DNA from: Candidatus Bathyarchaeia archaeon
GTDB lineage: Archaea > Thermoproteota > Bathyarchaeia > 40CM-2-53-6
Assembly (NCBI GenBank): GCA_050013255.1
Contig: JBEKFP010000002.1
Coordinates: 192,001 to 256,000 of the forward strand
Direction: 5' to 3'
DNA: 64,000 nucleotides
Shown: positions 29,490 to 39,549 of the stretch, one piece after another
How positions within the stretch are numbered: position 1 is the first letter of the stretch
How the letters are laid out: the number at the start of each line of letters is the position of its first letter
Notes under the pieces: model-generated
What the model was told of the DNA's origin: nothing
Seen by the model: the letters and a program-made list of their open reading frames with translations, nothing else
The model's database searches: none
Position numbers and translations under genes: made by a program

Positions 29490-30107
29490 TCATTCCCCGA
29501 AGAGTAGCTTTCCTGCTTCCATAAGGAGCTTCGACTCCAAAGCCTCAAAGCGTTCGTCAAAAGTGTTTACTATTCGCGTTTTACCGTCGTTGCTGGAAAT
29601 GACCGCACCGCCCAGGGCTTCAATTGGCTCTTTTGACCATTCAATTCGGACTGGCTTTTGCATCCGTTTGGCGAGCTCACGTTCAAGCTTGCTAGCATCA
29701 ATTCGCTTCAGGTCAGCGGCATTCAGGTGCACGGTGACGTTCTCAAGGCCGAGTTCACGAATCCCAATTTCAACGTAACCTGCCAAGTAGGGCAAGTACT
29801 TGCCCTCATCGTTCACAACCTCAGTAACGCGTTTCCTTGTCGACTCAAGGACCTCTGACAATATCTTACTTTTTTCCACTTGCTCCTGAAGATTCAATCG
29901 ATGCCGTACTTCACTCATCTCTCGCCGTCTGACCGCCTCCGCCTCCGTTTGCGCATTATGAATTATGTCGTCAGCTTCCCTCGACATGTGGGATTTGGCT
30001 TCCTCGAAGGCATGTTGCGTCTCGGTCTCTGCTTCCTTGACTACCTGGTCTGACCTTTCCTTGGCGACTGTTAGAATGTCCTCTGTGAACTTTCTGGTCT
30101 CGGACAC
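29490..30107 (-). CDS. atpE: A/V-type ATP synthase subunit E
   Basis: Coiled-coil N-term; LGGAVISSNDGKTRIVNTFDERFE. Confidence 0.9.
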   Translation of the reverse strand: MSETRKFTEDILTVAKERSDQVVKEAETETQHAFEEAKSHMSREADDIIHNAQTEAEAVRRREMSEVRHRLNLQEQVEKSKILSEVLESTRKRVTEVVNDEGKYLPYLAGYVEIGIRELGLENVTVHLNAADLKRIDASKLERELAKRMQKPVRIEWSKEPIEALGGAVISSNDGKTRIVNTFDERFEALESKLLMEAGKLLFGE

Positions 30108-30430
30108 TATGTCTGACCCTCCAAAACCAAACTAACGAGTTTGTCGACAGCAGGGCCCTTCTTTGCCGAAGCTTTCGAAACGACCTGCCTTGTTTTCTGT
30201 CCTGCTTCTTTTTCATAAACCGCCGCCTGGAGTTTCCCATCATGCTGTGCATGTTCAATAATGGCCGCGGCCTCCTTCCTAGCTGACTTCAGAATCTCCT
30301 CCCTCTCCCGCTTGATACGCGTATCCAGCTCCTTGCGTATCTCCGTCGCCTTCGCATGGGCTTTCTGTAGCATTTCCGCCGCTTCTTTCTCGGCGTTGAC
30401 TATTATTTTGACCGTCTCGATCCCTGACAT
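30107..30430 (-). CDS. atpH: A/V-type ATP synthase subunit H/G
   Basis: IVNAEKEAAEML...charged helix...AVDKLVSLVL. Confidence 0.8.
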   Translation of the reverse strand: MSGIETVKIIVNAEKEAAEMLQKAHAKATEIRKELDTRIKREREEILKSARKEAAAIIEHAQHDGKLQAAVYEKEAGQKTRQVVSKASAKKGPAVDKLVSLVLEGQT

Positions 30431-30560
30431 CGATTATTCACGCGTTTCTGGAAGTCGCCATGAAACACGGAGTCAATAAGAAAAACGTTTGCTATCTCAC
30501 TGCGAAACGTTATTTACGTGAAGGAAATTCACCTATGACGTTCTTGGAAAGGCGAAACTG

Positions 30561-32009
30561 ATGCAGCTGACGACGGCCCTCCTACTCTTTACACTCCCCT
30601 TCTTCAGCATCCTTGTCCCGCTAATCCAGGGGCTGTCGAACAAAATTCATGTCCGCTCTCTTGTTCCCTACTGGTCAATCGCAGGGTTGCTCCTAACCCT
30701 TGGTGCAATAGCAGTCATCCTCACACAAGGCTTCCCGCAGGCTCAGTTAATTCTTAACGTTCTCTCCATAGACGGGTTTTCTGTTTACTTCTCTGCCATC
30801 TTTGTCGGTATCACGTTGCTCATTGGGGTCGCTTCAATCTACTACATGCGTGGAAACAAGAACCTCGACACATACTTTGCGCTGCTCCTACTCGCCACCT
30901 TTGGCATGATTTTAGTCTCCCTCTCGGTTGATCTGATCGCCTTGTTTCTTGCTTGGGAGTTAATGAACATCCCAAGCTACGTGCTAACAGGAATCCAGAA
31001 AGATGACCCGATTTCGAACGAAGCCGCCCTGAAGTTCTTCATACTCAGCGCGTTATCATCAGCGCTAATCGTATACGCGATTTCCTTAACCTTTGGTATA
31101 ACCGGCACCACGAACATGTACCTTGTTGCACAGGGTATGGGGACCGCCCTTCCGAAGCTTGACCCCCTGGCGCTTCTCGCGATGGTCTTGTTCGTGGCAG
31201 GATTTGGTATGAAGGTCGCAGCTGTGCCCTTCCACATGTGGATTCCTGACGCTTACGAAGGAGCACCGATTACTATCGGTGCGTTCCTTGCCGCGGGAAC
31301 GAAGAACGGCGGTTTCGCGGCTCTCATCAGGGTTTTCACAGTTGCATTATTTGTGCTGCGCTTGGATTGGTCAGGTACGTTTGCGATAATAGCGATCTTG
31401 ACAATGACCCTCGGCAACGTCGCAGCCCTAATGCAGAAGAGTTTCACGAGAATGCTAGCGTACTCAAGCATTGCCCAGGCCGGTTACATACTCATAGGCT
31501 TAGCTGCGCCCAACCCGATCGGGATTGCGGGAGCGTTGTTTCATGTTTTGAACCATGGTGTAATGAAAACGGCTGCATTCATTGCGGCGGCCTCGGTCTA
31601 CAGCCGCCTCTCGACTACCTCACTTGATTCATACTCTGGTTTAGGAAAGAGGATGCCGATCACAGCCTTCACGCTTACGATTTCACTATTTGCCCTAGCC
31701 GGGGTTCCACCCCTAAGTGGTTTCATGAGTAAACTCGTCCTGTTCACAGCGGCTGTAGACGGCCAGCTGTGGTGGCTAGCTTTGGCCGGCGTCCTGAATA
31801 GCGCATTCTCAATGGCCTATTATGGCTGGGTGGTGAAGCGCATGTACTTCGACGAACCCACTGCAAGTAGTAGGTTGAAAGAGCCAACTTTGCTCGTCGC
31901 TGTGCTTGTTGTGTGTGTCATAATTATTGTCGCAGTGGGCGTGTACCCGGGCCCCATTCTGAACTACCTGTTCCAAGTGGCAAAGTACCTTGTGCCCACC
32001 GCTACCTAG
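30561..32009 (+). CDS. nuoN: Complex I subunit N
   Basis: SNEAALKFF, KVAAVPFHMWIPDAYEGAP, RMLAYSSIAQAGY. Confidence 0.95.
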   Translation: MQLTTALLLFTLPFFSILVPLIQGLSNKIHVRSLVPYWSIAGLLLTLGAIAVILTQGFPQAQLILNVLSIDGFSVYFSAIFVGITLLIGVASIYYMRGNKNLDTYFALLLLATFGMILVSLSVDLIALFLAWELMNIPSYVLTGIQKDDPISNEAALKFFILSALSSALIVYAISLTFGITGTTNMYLVAQGMGTALPKLDPLALLAMVLFVAGFGMKVAAVPFHMWIPDAYEGAPITIGAFLAAGTKNGGFAALIRVFTVALFVLRLDWSGTFAIIAILTMTLGNVAALMQKSFTRMLAYSSIAQAGYILIGLAAPNPIGIAGALFHVLNHGVMKTAAFIAAASVYSRLSTTSLDSYSGLGKRMPITAFTLTISLFALAGVPPLSGFMSKLVLFTAAVDGQLWWLALAGVLNSAFSMAYYGWVVKRMYFDEPTASSRLKEPTLLVAVLVVCVIIIVAVGVYPGPILNYLFQVAKYLVPTAT

Positions 32010-32081
32010 CACACACAGACCGAACCGTTTTATTCACGCCTCTATCCGTTCAAAAGAAGTAAGCTGCGTGCGGCGAAAAAC

Positions 32082-33248
32082 TTGCCAAAAGAGGTAGATC
32101 TCGTTGTTGCTGGGGCCGGGCCGGGTGGCCTCTATGCCGCAGTGCAGGCTCTCAATCGAGGTCTAACGGTTCACGTCTTTGACAAGAAGACGGTTGTCGG
32201 GATACCTGTGAAGTGCGGTGAATATTTCCCAGTTCGAAAGGAGATGGCGTACTTGCTCCCGAGCGCAGGTGACTACATGCATGTCTTTGATGTCCCGCAG
32301 GAGGCAGTCGACAATGTATGCAAGACTATTCGCGTCATATCGCCCAAAGGAAAAGAGTTCGAATTCGATTTCGAAGCTTACATTCTCGACAGAACCAAAC
32401 TGGAGCAGAGCGTGGCGAAACAGGTCGAGAAATTAGGGGGGACCGTTCAGCTACAAACACCCGTCGACTTATACTCTGAAAACGGCAACCTAACGGTTGG
32501 CAGGAACAGGGGCGATGGCGTCAAAGCAAAGGTAGTCATCGCTGCGGACGGGTTCCCATCGAAAGTCGCGAAATCGGCGGGTATTCTTACTGACGACTAC
32601 ATGACACCTAACAATGTGGCAATTAATTATGAATATCTAATGAGCGATTTGTCCGTCGACCAGAGCGTGACAGAGATGTATATGGGAACTGAGTTTGCGC
32701 CAGGCGGCTATGGTTGGATCATACCTAAAGGCAATCGTTCCGCAAACGTCGGAATTGGAATAAGGACCCCGTATTCAAAGAAGAACGATGGCAGGGGTTA
32801 CCTTCACTTCTTCCTCGACAAGTGTTCTTTAACGAAATTGAAACTTGAAAATGGCAAATCGGGGCCGATGATCGCCGATGTTCTTCCAGTCGATGGACCA
32901 TTGCCGCGGACCTGTTCCGAACATGTGATGGCTGTCGGGGACGCCGGTGGAATGGTAATGCCGACGAATGGGGGTGGGATTTCGACGGCGATGATTACTG
33001 GCGAGATCGCTGGGCAAGTTGCCGCAGACCACGTGCAGAAAGGCGTGCCACTTTCCGAGTACGAAAAGAGGTGGAAGCAGGCGTTGGGCAAGGAGTTGGT
33101 TGTCTCAACCAAATTGAGAAGACTCGCGGACCACTTCATGGGAAACGACCTAGTCTTTCACATGTTACTGCAAGTTCTTGGGACTCAGGGAATCAAGGAC
33201 GTAATTACCTGTAGGGCACCGAGAGGCTTAGGGCCTTTTGTCTCCTAG
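32082..33248 (+). CDS. Geranylgeranyl reductase family (digeranylgeranylglycerophospholipid reductase-like)
   Basis: GAGPGG, PVKCGE, PGGYGWIIPK, GDAGG...GGGI. Confidence 0.9.
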   Translation: MPKEVDLVVAGAGPGGLYAAVQALNRGLTVHVFDKKTVVGIPVKCGEYFPVRKEMAYLLPSAGDYMHVFDVPQEAVDNVCKTIRVISPKGKEFEFDFEAYILDRTKLEQSVAKQVEKLGGTVQLQTPVDLYSENGNLTVGRNRGDGVKAKVVIAADGFPSKVAKSAGILTDDYMTPNNVAINYEYLMSDLSVDQSVTEMYMGTEFAPGGYGWIIPKGNRSANVGIGIRTPYSKKNDGRGYLHFFLDKCSLTKLKLENGKSGPMIADVLPVDGPLPRTCSEHVMAVGDAGGMVMPTNGGGISTAMITGEIAGQVAADHVQKGVPLSEYEKRWKQALGKELVVSTKLRRLADHFMGNDLVFHMLLQVLGTQGIKDVITCRAPRGLGPFVS

Positions 33249-33250
33249 AT

Positions 33251-34138
33251 CTATACGGCATGGATCAAGCTGTCAATTATCATTGCAAGGAATAGGGTAA
33301 ACAGGTAAGGACTGGAAACTTTGAAAGCCTTGTAAGCCATTTTATTGTTTGGATGAAGAAACAACTGGGCATTGATGTAGAGCACCCAGAGCCCAAATGC
33401 CGTTGCAACGGCCAAGTAGAGCCAGCCAAACCGCCCGACAACCCAAATCCACAGTGAGAAGGGAATCATTAGCACAACGGTTGACACGATACATCTCAAC
33501 GCGGTCCGAAGCTTTGTGACTACCGGCAGCATGGGAATGCGGGCACGTTTGTAATCGGCCTTCGTGAATATCGCTAAGCTCCAAATATGGCCTGGAATCC
33601 ATAGAACTACCAAGGCCGCTAGCAGAACCGGAAGTAGTTCCGTCCCATTGGTGACGGCGCTCCAGCCAAACATTACGGGCAATCCCCCGCTCACGCCCCC
33701 CAGAATGATGTTCAGAGGATTTCTGCGTTTCAATAACAAACTGTAGACGACTACGTTGTCGAGCACCCCCAGCGCGATCCAAAGGAAGGATAACGGATTG
33801 ATCGAGTAAGCCAATACGAGCCCGATTGCTGCTAAAAATAAGCCCCAAAGAAGGGCGTTCCTTGGAGAGATTCGACCACTCGGAATCGGGCGATGCCTCG
33901 TGCGGTGCATTATGGCATCAATATCCCTGTCAAGATATGAGGTAAGTGTGTCGCAACCCGCACTCGCGGCGGCTATCGCAACGGTGGCCACGATGAGCAG
34001 GGTAGGGGTCAGGGGTTGGAGAGTCTGCTTCCAAGCAATGATCATTGTGGCGATGGAGGTGAAGACGAGCAGGAAGACTATGGGCGGTTTTGTAACTTCA
34101 AAGTAATTTCTGACTTTCTGTGTTATGGCTACTTGCAA
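33251..34138 (-). CDS. cyoE: Protoheme IX farnesyltransferase (heme O synthase)
   Basis: DRDIDAIMHRTRHRPIPSG, LKRRNP, DYKRARIPMLP. Confidence 0.95.
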   Translation of the reverse strand: MQVAITQKVRNYFEVTKPPIVFLLVFTSIATMIIAWKQTLQPLTPTLLIVATVAIAAASAGCDTLTSYLDRDIDAIMHRTRHRPIPSGRISPRNALLWGLFLAAIGLVLAYSINPLSFLWIALGVLDNVVVYSLLLKRRNPLNIILGGVSGGLPVMFGWSAVTNGTELLPVLLAALVVLWIPGHIWSLAIFTKADYKRARIPMLPVVTKLRTALRCIVSTVVLMIPFSLWIWVVGRFGWLYLAVATAFGLWVLYINAQLFLHPNNKMAYKAFKVSSPYLFTLFLAMIIDSLIHAV

Positions 34139-34150
34139 TCCTTCGTGCTC

Positions 34151-34633
34151 CTAGGGAAGAACTTCCAGGAGCCCATGCATATCTCCATGACCTGCACCGC
34201 AGAAGATTGTGCAAATAATCGTATATTCTCCCGGTTGCGTCGGAACGATTGTGACCGTAATGTCGTGGTCTTTAGCCACCGTCAACGGAGTATCCATAAT
34301 GCCCTGAATGAAGAATCCATGTTCGCTAAACGAAGGGTCCTGTTGCCATATGCCATGGACATGGAATGTGACGTTATCTCCGACGTGGACAACTATTGGA
34401 ACAGTGCGAGTGTCGATTGTGCCGTTTACCATGAAGGCCCATTGTTGGGCAACAATGTTGATTGTGATATTCTGGGGTACGTGAGGCGGACCCACCTCTG
34501 CTGGTAAAACGTAGTACTGGTAGTAGAACATGCCAGTGCCCATGAGCAGCAGTAGGAGTACCGCTGTGGCTCCTACCCAAGGCCCATGAACAGTTTGCGC
34601 CTGAGACATTTGAGACAAGCTTCCCGCCGTCAT
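34151..34633 (-). CDS. Membrane-anchored CuA cupredoxin (heme-copper oxidase subunit II/SoxH-like)
   Basis: One TM, AQQWAF, HGF and CTIFCGAGHGDM CuA motif. Confidence 0.9.
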   Translation of the reverse strand: MTAGSLSQMSQAQTVHGPWVGATAVLLLLLMGTGMFYYQYYVLPAEVGPPHVPQNITINIVAQQWAFMVNGTIDTRTVPIVVHVGDNVTFHVHGIWQQDPSFSEHGFFIQGIMDTPLTVAKDHDITVTIVPTQPGEYTIICTIFCGAGHGDMHGLLEVLP

Positions 34634-36018
34634 TCCGCTCCAATTCGGTAAAGATGGATCAGTATTCCAAATGCAATTAACCCTAGGCCGATCTGCAAAA
34701 GAACCACGTTCTTGAAACTTGCTAGAAATGCTTGGAACGAGTATATGTCAAAGAGTACTTGGAACCCAAGCAGGGAGAGCACAACGGCCCGCCACTCGTT
34801 CTGAGTGAGTTTGTAGATTGGGAACTGCTTGCGTGCGTGCATGGGTCGCGCGCCAGGCGGTGGTGCTGTGGCCCTCAACCACAAGTAGATCAATGCGTAT
34901 GCGGCGGCACCGATGAAAATAACTGACCCGAAGAAAACGAAGGGGTCGATCTCGAGTTGGGGAATGCTGTTGAGGGGTAAGAAGATATTGTTCGCCCTAA
35001 AACCCCAAACAGTTGTGAGAGCGAGTTGACAGAGCCCAGCGACACCCATCGCGGTATAGAAGGGACGGTCACGGACAAACAGTTTCCTACTCGTGTCAAT
35101 GAATGGAACAACCAAGAAGACGACGACAAAAATCATTGGAATGACAACGCCCGCGGTGAACCGATCTATTCCAGTCCGTATGATTGCATACATGCCCGTA
35201 AGGTACCATTCAGGCATCGTAATGCCCGCTTCAGCTGTGGGAATGAACTTCGCTCCCAATTCAACCGGAAACAGACCTCCAATGACCATTATGGCCCCGG
35301 CAACCATGGAAACAACTGGAATGTCAAGGACCATGTACCGTGGGAAGTGAACCATCATTATCAGAATCATTATCATTGGGAAGATGAACACGTGAACAGC
35401 GTAGAACCTCAGGATTAGGTCGGCAAGTCCGGTGCCAGCCATGAGTCGAAAGGCCATGGGTCCCATGAATGGGGTGCTCCGGGCTAGTGCTCTGCCAATG
35501 TTGATGGCAAGCATGCCACGTACGTTTAACAGAAGGTCATAGCCAGTGTAGGCTTCAATTATTGTGAGTATGCCGATGATGATTCCGGTCACCCATAGCA
35601 CTTCATATCGCAGCTTGTATCGGCCTGAGAAATACTGGTAGAACATATGGGCGACAGCTAGAAGCACCATGGCGTTTGAGGCGTGGTAGTGAATGTTACG
35701 TAGCGCTGAGCCGAATGGTACAATGTTGTTGATGTTTTGTACGCTGTCGAAGGGTGATGTGACCGCGCCCGTTGCTGTGTTGAAGATGACAGTTGGGCTG
35801 TAGTATAGCATGAGTAATGCTCCAGAAATGCCGAGCAAGGCAAAGGTTGTGAAAGTCAAGAAGCCTAAGAATCCCAGAGGGCTTACGAATTTTCTGGGAA
35901 GTGTGAACTTAAGCCCCATGAATATTGTTCGCTCAAGTCGCTGGTTCAACCAGTCGATCAGGAGCTGGATGGGGTTCTTCTCTTCACTGGGAGGGGGGCG
36001 TGTTGCTGCCATATCCAA
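34630..36018 (-). CDS. petB: Cytochrome b of a bc-type complex
   Basis: Heme-ligand His pairs (RNIHYH...AHM; AVHVF...VHF), TGY, PEWY. Confidence 0.92.
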   Translation of the reverse strand: MDMAATRPPPSEEKNPIQLLIDWLNQRLERTIFMGLKFTLPRKFVSPLGFLGFLTFTTFALLGISGALLMLYYSPTVIFNTATGAVTSPFDSVQNINNIVPFGSALRNIHYHASNAMVLLAVAHMFYQYFSGRYKLRYEVLWVTGIIIGILTIIEAYTGYDLLLNVRGMLAINIGRALARSTPFMGPMAFRLMAGTGLADLILRFYAVHVFIFPMIMILIMMVHFPRYMVLDIPVVSMVAGAIMVIGGLFPVELGAKFIPTAEAGITMPEWYLTGMYAIIRTGIDRFTAGVVIPMIFVVVFLVVPFIDTSRKLFVRDRPFYTAMGVAGLCQLALTTVWGFRANNIFLPLNSIPQLEIDPFVFFGSVIFIGAAAYALIYLWLRATAPPPGARPMHARKQFPIYKLTQNEWRAVVLSLLGFQVLFDIYSFQAFLASFKNVVLLQIGLGLIAFGILIHLYRIGAE

Positions 36019-36673
36019 TCAAATCCAAGTCTACGGATTCGGCGTAAATACTGTCGCCATCTATTCGTAATTTCACGCTGGGCAAGTAGCGACCGATTTG
36101 TGCAGCTGGGCCTGCAACTGGCCAGCCGTCTGTGGGCCTATACTCGCTTCCGTGGCATGGGCACCCAATGATTTCGGAATTTGAAAGATAAGAGACGAGA
36201 CATTGGAGGTGTATGCAAGTTCGATTGTAAGCGACGAACTCTTGCCCCGCTTTCGAGGCCAGGTCCGGTGGAAGATGTATCAACATGTTTGTGTAGGTTG
36301 GGTCTGTTGTGAACGGAAACCAAAAAATCGTTGAACCATTAACAGGCACATCCTCCTTTTTCGCGATTAGGACTGGGTTGAATTTTGTGGACACTGTGGG
36401 GATAAGGTATGAACCCCCAGCTGCGAAGGGTGCCAGCGCGAGGGCCGCTGAAACGCCGCCCATAATTTTCAGGGCGTCACGCCTCGAAAGGCCTTTCTTC
36501 TTTGTAGGTGAAGCCCCATCGAATTCAGTTTCAAACCCGGTAGAAGGTGTGCTTCCACAGCATTTCGCAAAATCAGAGCAGGAGAGGCAAGCACTCGTGT
36601 AATTTTGATGCATGTGCGAGATTACTCTTCGCGTTAAAGCGAATCCCTGAATCCTTGGGGTCATTAATCTCAC
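35984..36673 (-). CDS. Rieske [2Fe-2S] protein with Tat signal
   Basis: SRRDALK, CIHLQC, CPCHGSEY, GPA. Confidence 0.92.
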   Translation of the reverse strand: MRLMTPRIQGFALTRRVISHMHQNYTSACLSCSDFAKCCGSTPSTGFETEFDGASPTKKKGLSRRDALKIMGGVSAALALAPFAAGGSYLIPTVSTKFNPVLIAKKEDVPVNGSTIFWFPFTTDPTYTNMLIHLPPDLASKAGQEFVAYNRTCIHLQCLVSYLSNSEIIGCPCHGSEYRPTDGWPVAGPAAQIGRYLPSVKLRIDGDSIYAESVDLDLIGYGSNTPPSQ

Positions 36674-36774
36674 CGATGCTTTTCTTCGCTCTCAAACATT
36701 TGTGCGAGTAACAAAAGACGATTCAATTTAAGGTTTCTTTCAAGGTTTTCAGGAAAAGACAGGTTACACGAAAC

Positions 36775-38199
36775 CTAGGCCAATGCTTTGTTTGCGTTGT
36801 TCCACAAAGACTCGCTTAGTTTCTCGAGCTTCTGGCTCAGTTTTACCGGAGCTTCCGCGGAAGTTCGAAGGTCCTTGTACTTTACCGGTAGGCGGGCAAC
36901 TTCCTTAATTGTTCTGTCACGGATTCTATCGATCCTCGGAAGCCTGTAAACTAATTTCCCATGGTGAATTATTCTCGTCAAGAGTGGCTCAGCCCCGATG
37001 GGGGGAGGTTCATCGTCGAGCGCTATGCTGTCACCTTCGATTTCCCCCGCTTTTGAATATGTTCTGTATACTTGTTTCACTCCAGGTATCGTTCGCTTAT
37101 CGTCACTTGTCTTGACGCGATAACTCATCTTTCCATTCCTTTCCGTCGCAACAATCTTGTATATTCCCGGCAGGGCGGGATCGTCGCGGGATGTCACGAG
37201 CTCAGTTCCTACCCCGAAACCGTCAATCGGTGCCCCTTTGGAAGTTAACTCGTCTAAGACGAATTCGTTGAGGTCGCCGCTGACGAATATCTTGGTTTTC
37301 TTGAGGCCGGCCTCGTCCAGGATTCTTCGAACTCTTGAGCTTAGATCGTAGCGGTCACCACTATCGAGCCTAACCAGGGACGGGGCAACCTTCATGGAAG
37401 CAACCAATTTCGCTCCTTCAATCGTATCATATGTATCAAGCAGAAGAGCGGGATTGGACGGAAAGACCTGGCAGAACTTCTCAAAGGCCTCCTGCTCGGA
37501 ATCATAGTTCATGACAAATGAATGAGCCATCGTACCATAAGTGGGGATGCCGTACAAATATCCCGCTAAGACGTTGGATGTGCCTATACAGCCTCCAATG
37601 TAACTAGCTCTGGCCGCCAATAGCGCAGCCTCTGGGCCATGGGCGCGCCGGCCCCCAAATTCGACAACCCCCTTGCCTCTTGCGCTCTGAACAACTCTCG
37701 AGGCTTTGGTCGCAATCAAAGTTTGGAAGTTGATGGTGGACAGCAGGTATGTCTCTACGATTTGGGCTTCAATGATTGGCGCAGTAACCCGCAAAATCGG
37801 TTCATTGGTGAAAAACACTGTTCCTTCTGGAATCGCCCACACGTCCCCGGTGAATCTCAGCTCCTTAAGATATCGGAAGAAACGGCTGCTCACGTTCTTG
37901 AAATTGGGGTCTTTTTTCAGATACTTGATATGTTCGTCTCTAAATCGAAATCGTCTCAGATACTCTACGGCTTGTTCTAGCCCCGCTGCAATAAGGTATG
38001 AGCGGTTCTTCGGGAAGCTCCTCACGAATAGTTCGAAGGTCGCTTTAGCGTCTTCATGAGTTTCAAAATAGGCGGCTGCCATGGTCAGCTCATATAGATC
38101 AGTTGCAAGCGCATTATCCTCTGGAAACAATTGTTGATCGCCTTCGGGAATCGTTTCCCAATGGTTTGTTGAGCAATAAGAACCGTACTGACTTCGCAA
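36775..38199 (-). CDS. pncB: Nicotinate phosphoribosyltransferase
   Basis: TDLYELTM, EFGGRRAH, GTMAHS, LLDTYD, RLDSGD. Confidence 0.95.
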   Translation of the reverse strand: MRSQYGSYCSTNHWETIPEGDQQLFPEDNALATDLYELTMAAAYFETHEDAKATFELFVRSFPKNRSYLIAAGLEQAVEYLRRFRFRDEHIKYLKKDPNFKNVSSRFFRYLKELRFTGDVWAIPEGTVFFTNEPILRVTAPIIEAQIVETYLLSTINFQTLIATKASRVVQSARGKGVVEFGGRRAHGPEAALLAARASYIGGCIGTSNVLAGYLYGIPTYGTMAHSFVMNYDSEQEAFEKFCQVFPSNPALLLDTYDTIEGAKLVASMKVAPSLVRLDSGDRYDLSSRVRRILDEAGLKKTKIFVSGDLNEFVLDELTSKGAPIDGFGVGTELVTSRDDPALPGIYKIVATERNGKMSYRVKTSDDKRTIPGVKQVYRTYSKAGEIEGDSIALDDEPPPIGAEPLLTRIIHHGKLVYRLPRIDRIRDRTIKEVARLPVKYKDLRTSAEAPVKLSQKLEKLSESLWNNANKALA

Positions 38200-38288
38200 A
38201 TGTCCGGTTTTGTCGGATGTCGGAAAGGGTTATTTACAGGCTGGTTTCATCGCTACCAAAATCTGTTGCAAGGTCGAGAAGTGGGTCT

Positions 38289-38414
38289 TTGAAGCGCACT
38301 GCTGCCGCATTTACTGTGCTATTGGGATTGACGGCTGTGATGATTGGAATTTACATTAATGAATTCAAGGTGCTTGCAGATATTTTGCAAGGGTTTGTTT
38401 TCCTTTTCCCATGA
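38289..38414 (+). CDS. Small single-TM peptide upstream of the Fe-S membrane protein
   Basis: MKRTAAAFTVLLGLTAVMIGIY... from TTG 38289 within track ORF 38103. Confidence 0.4.
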   Translation: MKRTAAAFTVLLGLTAVMIGIYINEFKVLADILQGFVFLFP

Positions 38415-38424
38415 GGCTTCATTC

Positions 38425-39393
38425 TTGTCGCAAACGGAACCCGAGCAAGACCTGAGAAGGTTCAAATTCAAATGGACCCTCCCACGCATGATTGTTCAGC
38501 TACTTTCTCTAATCCTGGTCAACGCAATTGCTTTCACTGAAATTTTCCCAAGCCTGAAATTTCACCCTATTCCCTTCGGCCTGCCAATCTTGGCTAGTGT
38601 CAACTCTCCCTTCTCGGCGGTGTACAGTTCATTCGACCTCATCCAGGTTGAGCTGGCACAACCCGAATTTCCTTGGCTAGTTCTAGGAACCGTGTTTTTG
38701 ATAGGCGCAGTCGTGGGCCGTGCATTTTGCGGTTGGGTTTGCCCAGTTGGGTTCGTTCAGGATATCATAACGAACTTGAAGGGACGGCTTGATTTCATTT
38801 CGCCGCGAACCCATAATAGCGCAAAGAAACTGAAGTACCTACTATTCTTCGGAACCCTCTTGATCAGTGGTACTTTGGGGCTTTCGCTTTACCTCGGAGT
38901 TGGAGCCAACTACAAAACTGCACTTGGCGCACTTGCTTCAGGTCCGTTCATCGCAATATCTCCGGACGGCACGCTGTTCGGAGTAATTCCGGCATTGGTT
39001 GGTTTGGCTCGCGATAACTTCGCATCCCTCTTGACGAGGCCGCCGACGATTCAGCAGGTCTGGTCCTATTTGACTCAAGTTCCGCCATTGCTTGCACTTC
39101 GAATAATAATCTTGGTGGCATTCTTCGGCGCGGCATGGAAAGTTCCCAGGTTCTGGTGCCGCTACGCCTGCCCGACAGGAGCAATGATGGCAATCTTTCA
39201 GAAATACAGCTTAGCAGGAATCAAGAGAGACCCAGTAAAATGTATGAAATGCCCCCACTGCGAAGTCAAATGCCCAATGCAAATCAACATACTTGATTTG
39301 CCGTGGGAGAAATTCAACAACCCCGAATGCATCATGTGCATGGAATGCATCGACGCCTGCCCGCACGGATCGCTGAGTCCAAAGTTCCCATAA
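38425..39393 (+). CDS. NapH/MauN-like membrane 4Fe-4S protein
   Basis: FCGWVCPVG, WCRYACPTG and two CxxCxxCxxxCP motifs; start estimated. Confidence 0.85.
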   Translation: MSQTEPEQDLRRFKFKWTLPRMIVQLLSLILVNAIAFTEIFPSLKFHPIPFGLPILASVNSPFSAVYSSFDLIQVELAQPEFPWLVLGTVFLIGAVVGRAFCGWVCPVGFVQDIITNLKGRLDFISPRTHNSAKKLKYLLFFGTLLISGTLGLSLYLGVGANYKTALGALASGPFIAISPDGTLFGVIPALVGLARDNFASLLTRPPTIQQVWSYLTQVPPLLALRIIILVAFFGAAWKVPRFWCRYACPTGAMMAIFQKYSLAGIKRDPVKCMKCPHCEVKCPMQINILDLPWEKFNNPECIMCMECIDACPHGSLSPKFP

Positions 39394-39549
39394 CGCTGTT
39401 CTGCCAGCTCTCTGGCAAATCCGGCAACAGTCCATCTAGGGCGTTACCATGGAATGGGGAAACATACCGGCATGGCTGGCGGGTACCTCATCGAACAAGA
39501 GATACAGCAGCTTTCCTTCACGATTAATGTGGGGGATGCGTGAATGAAC

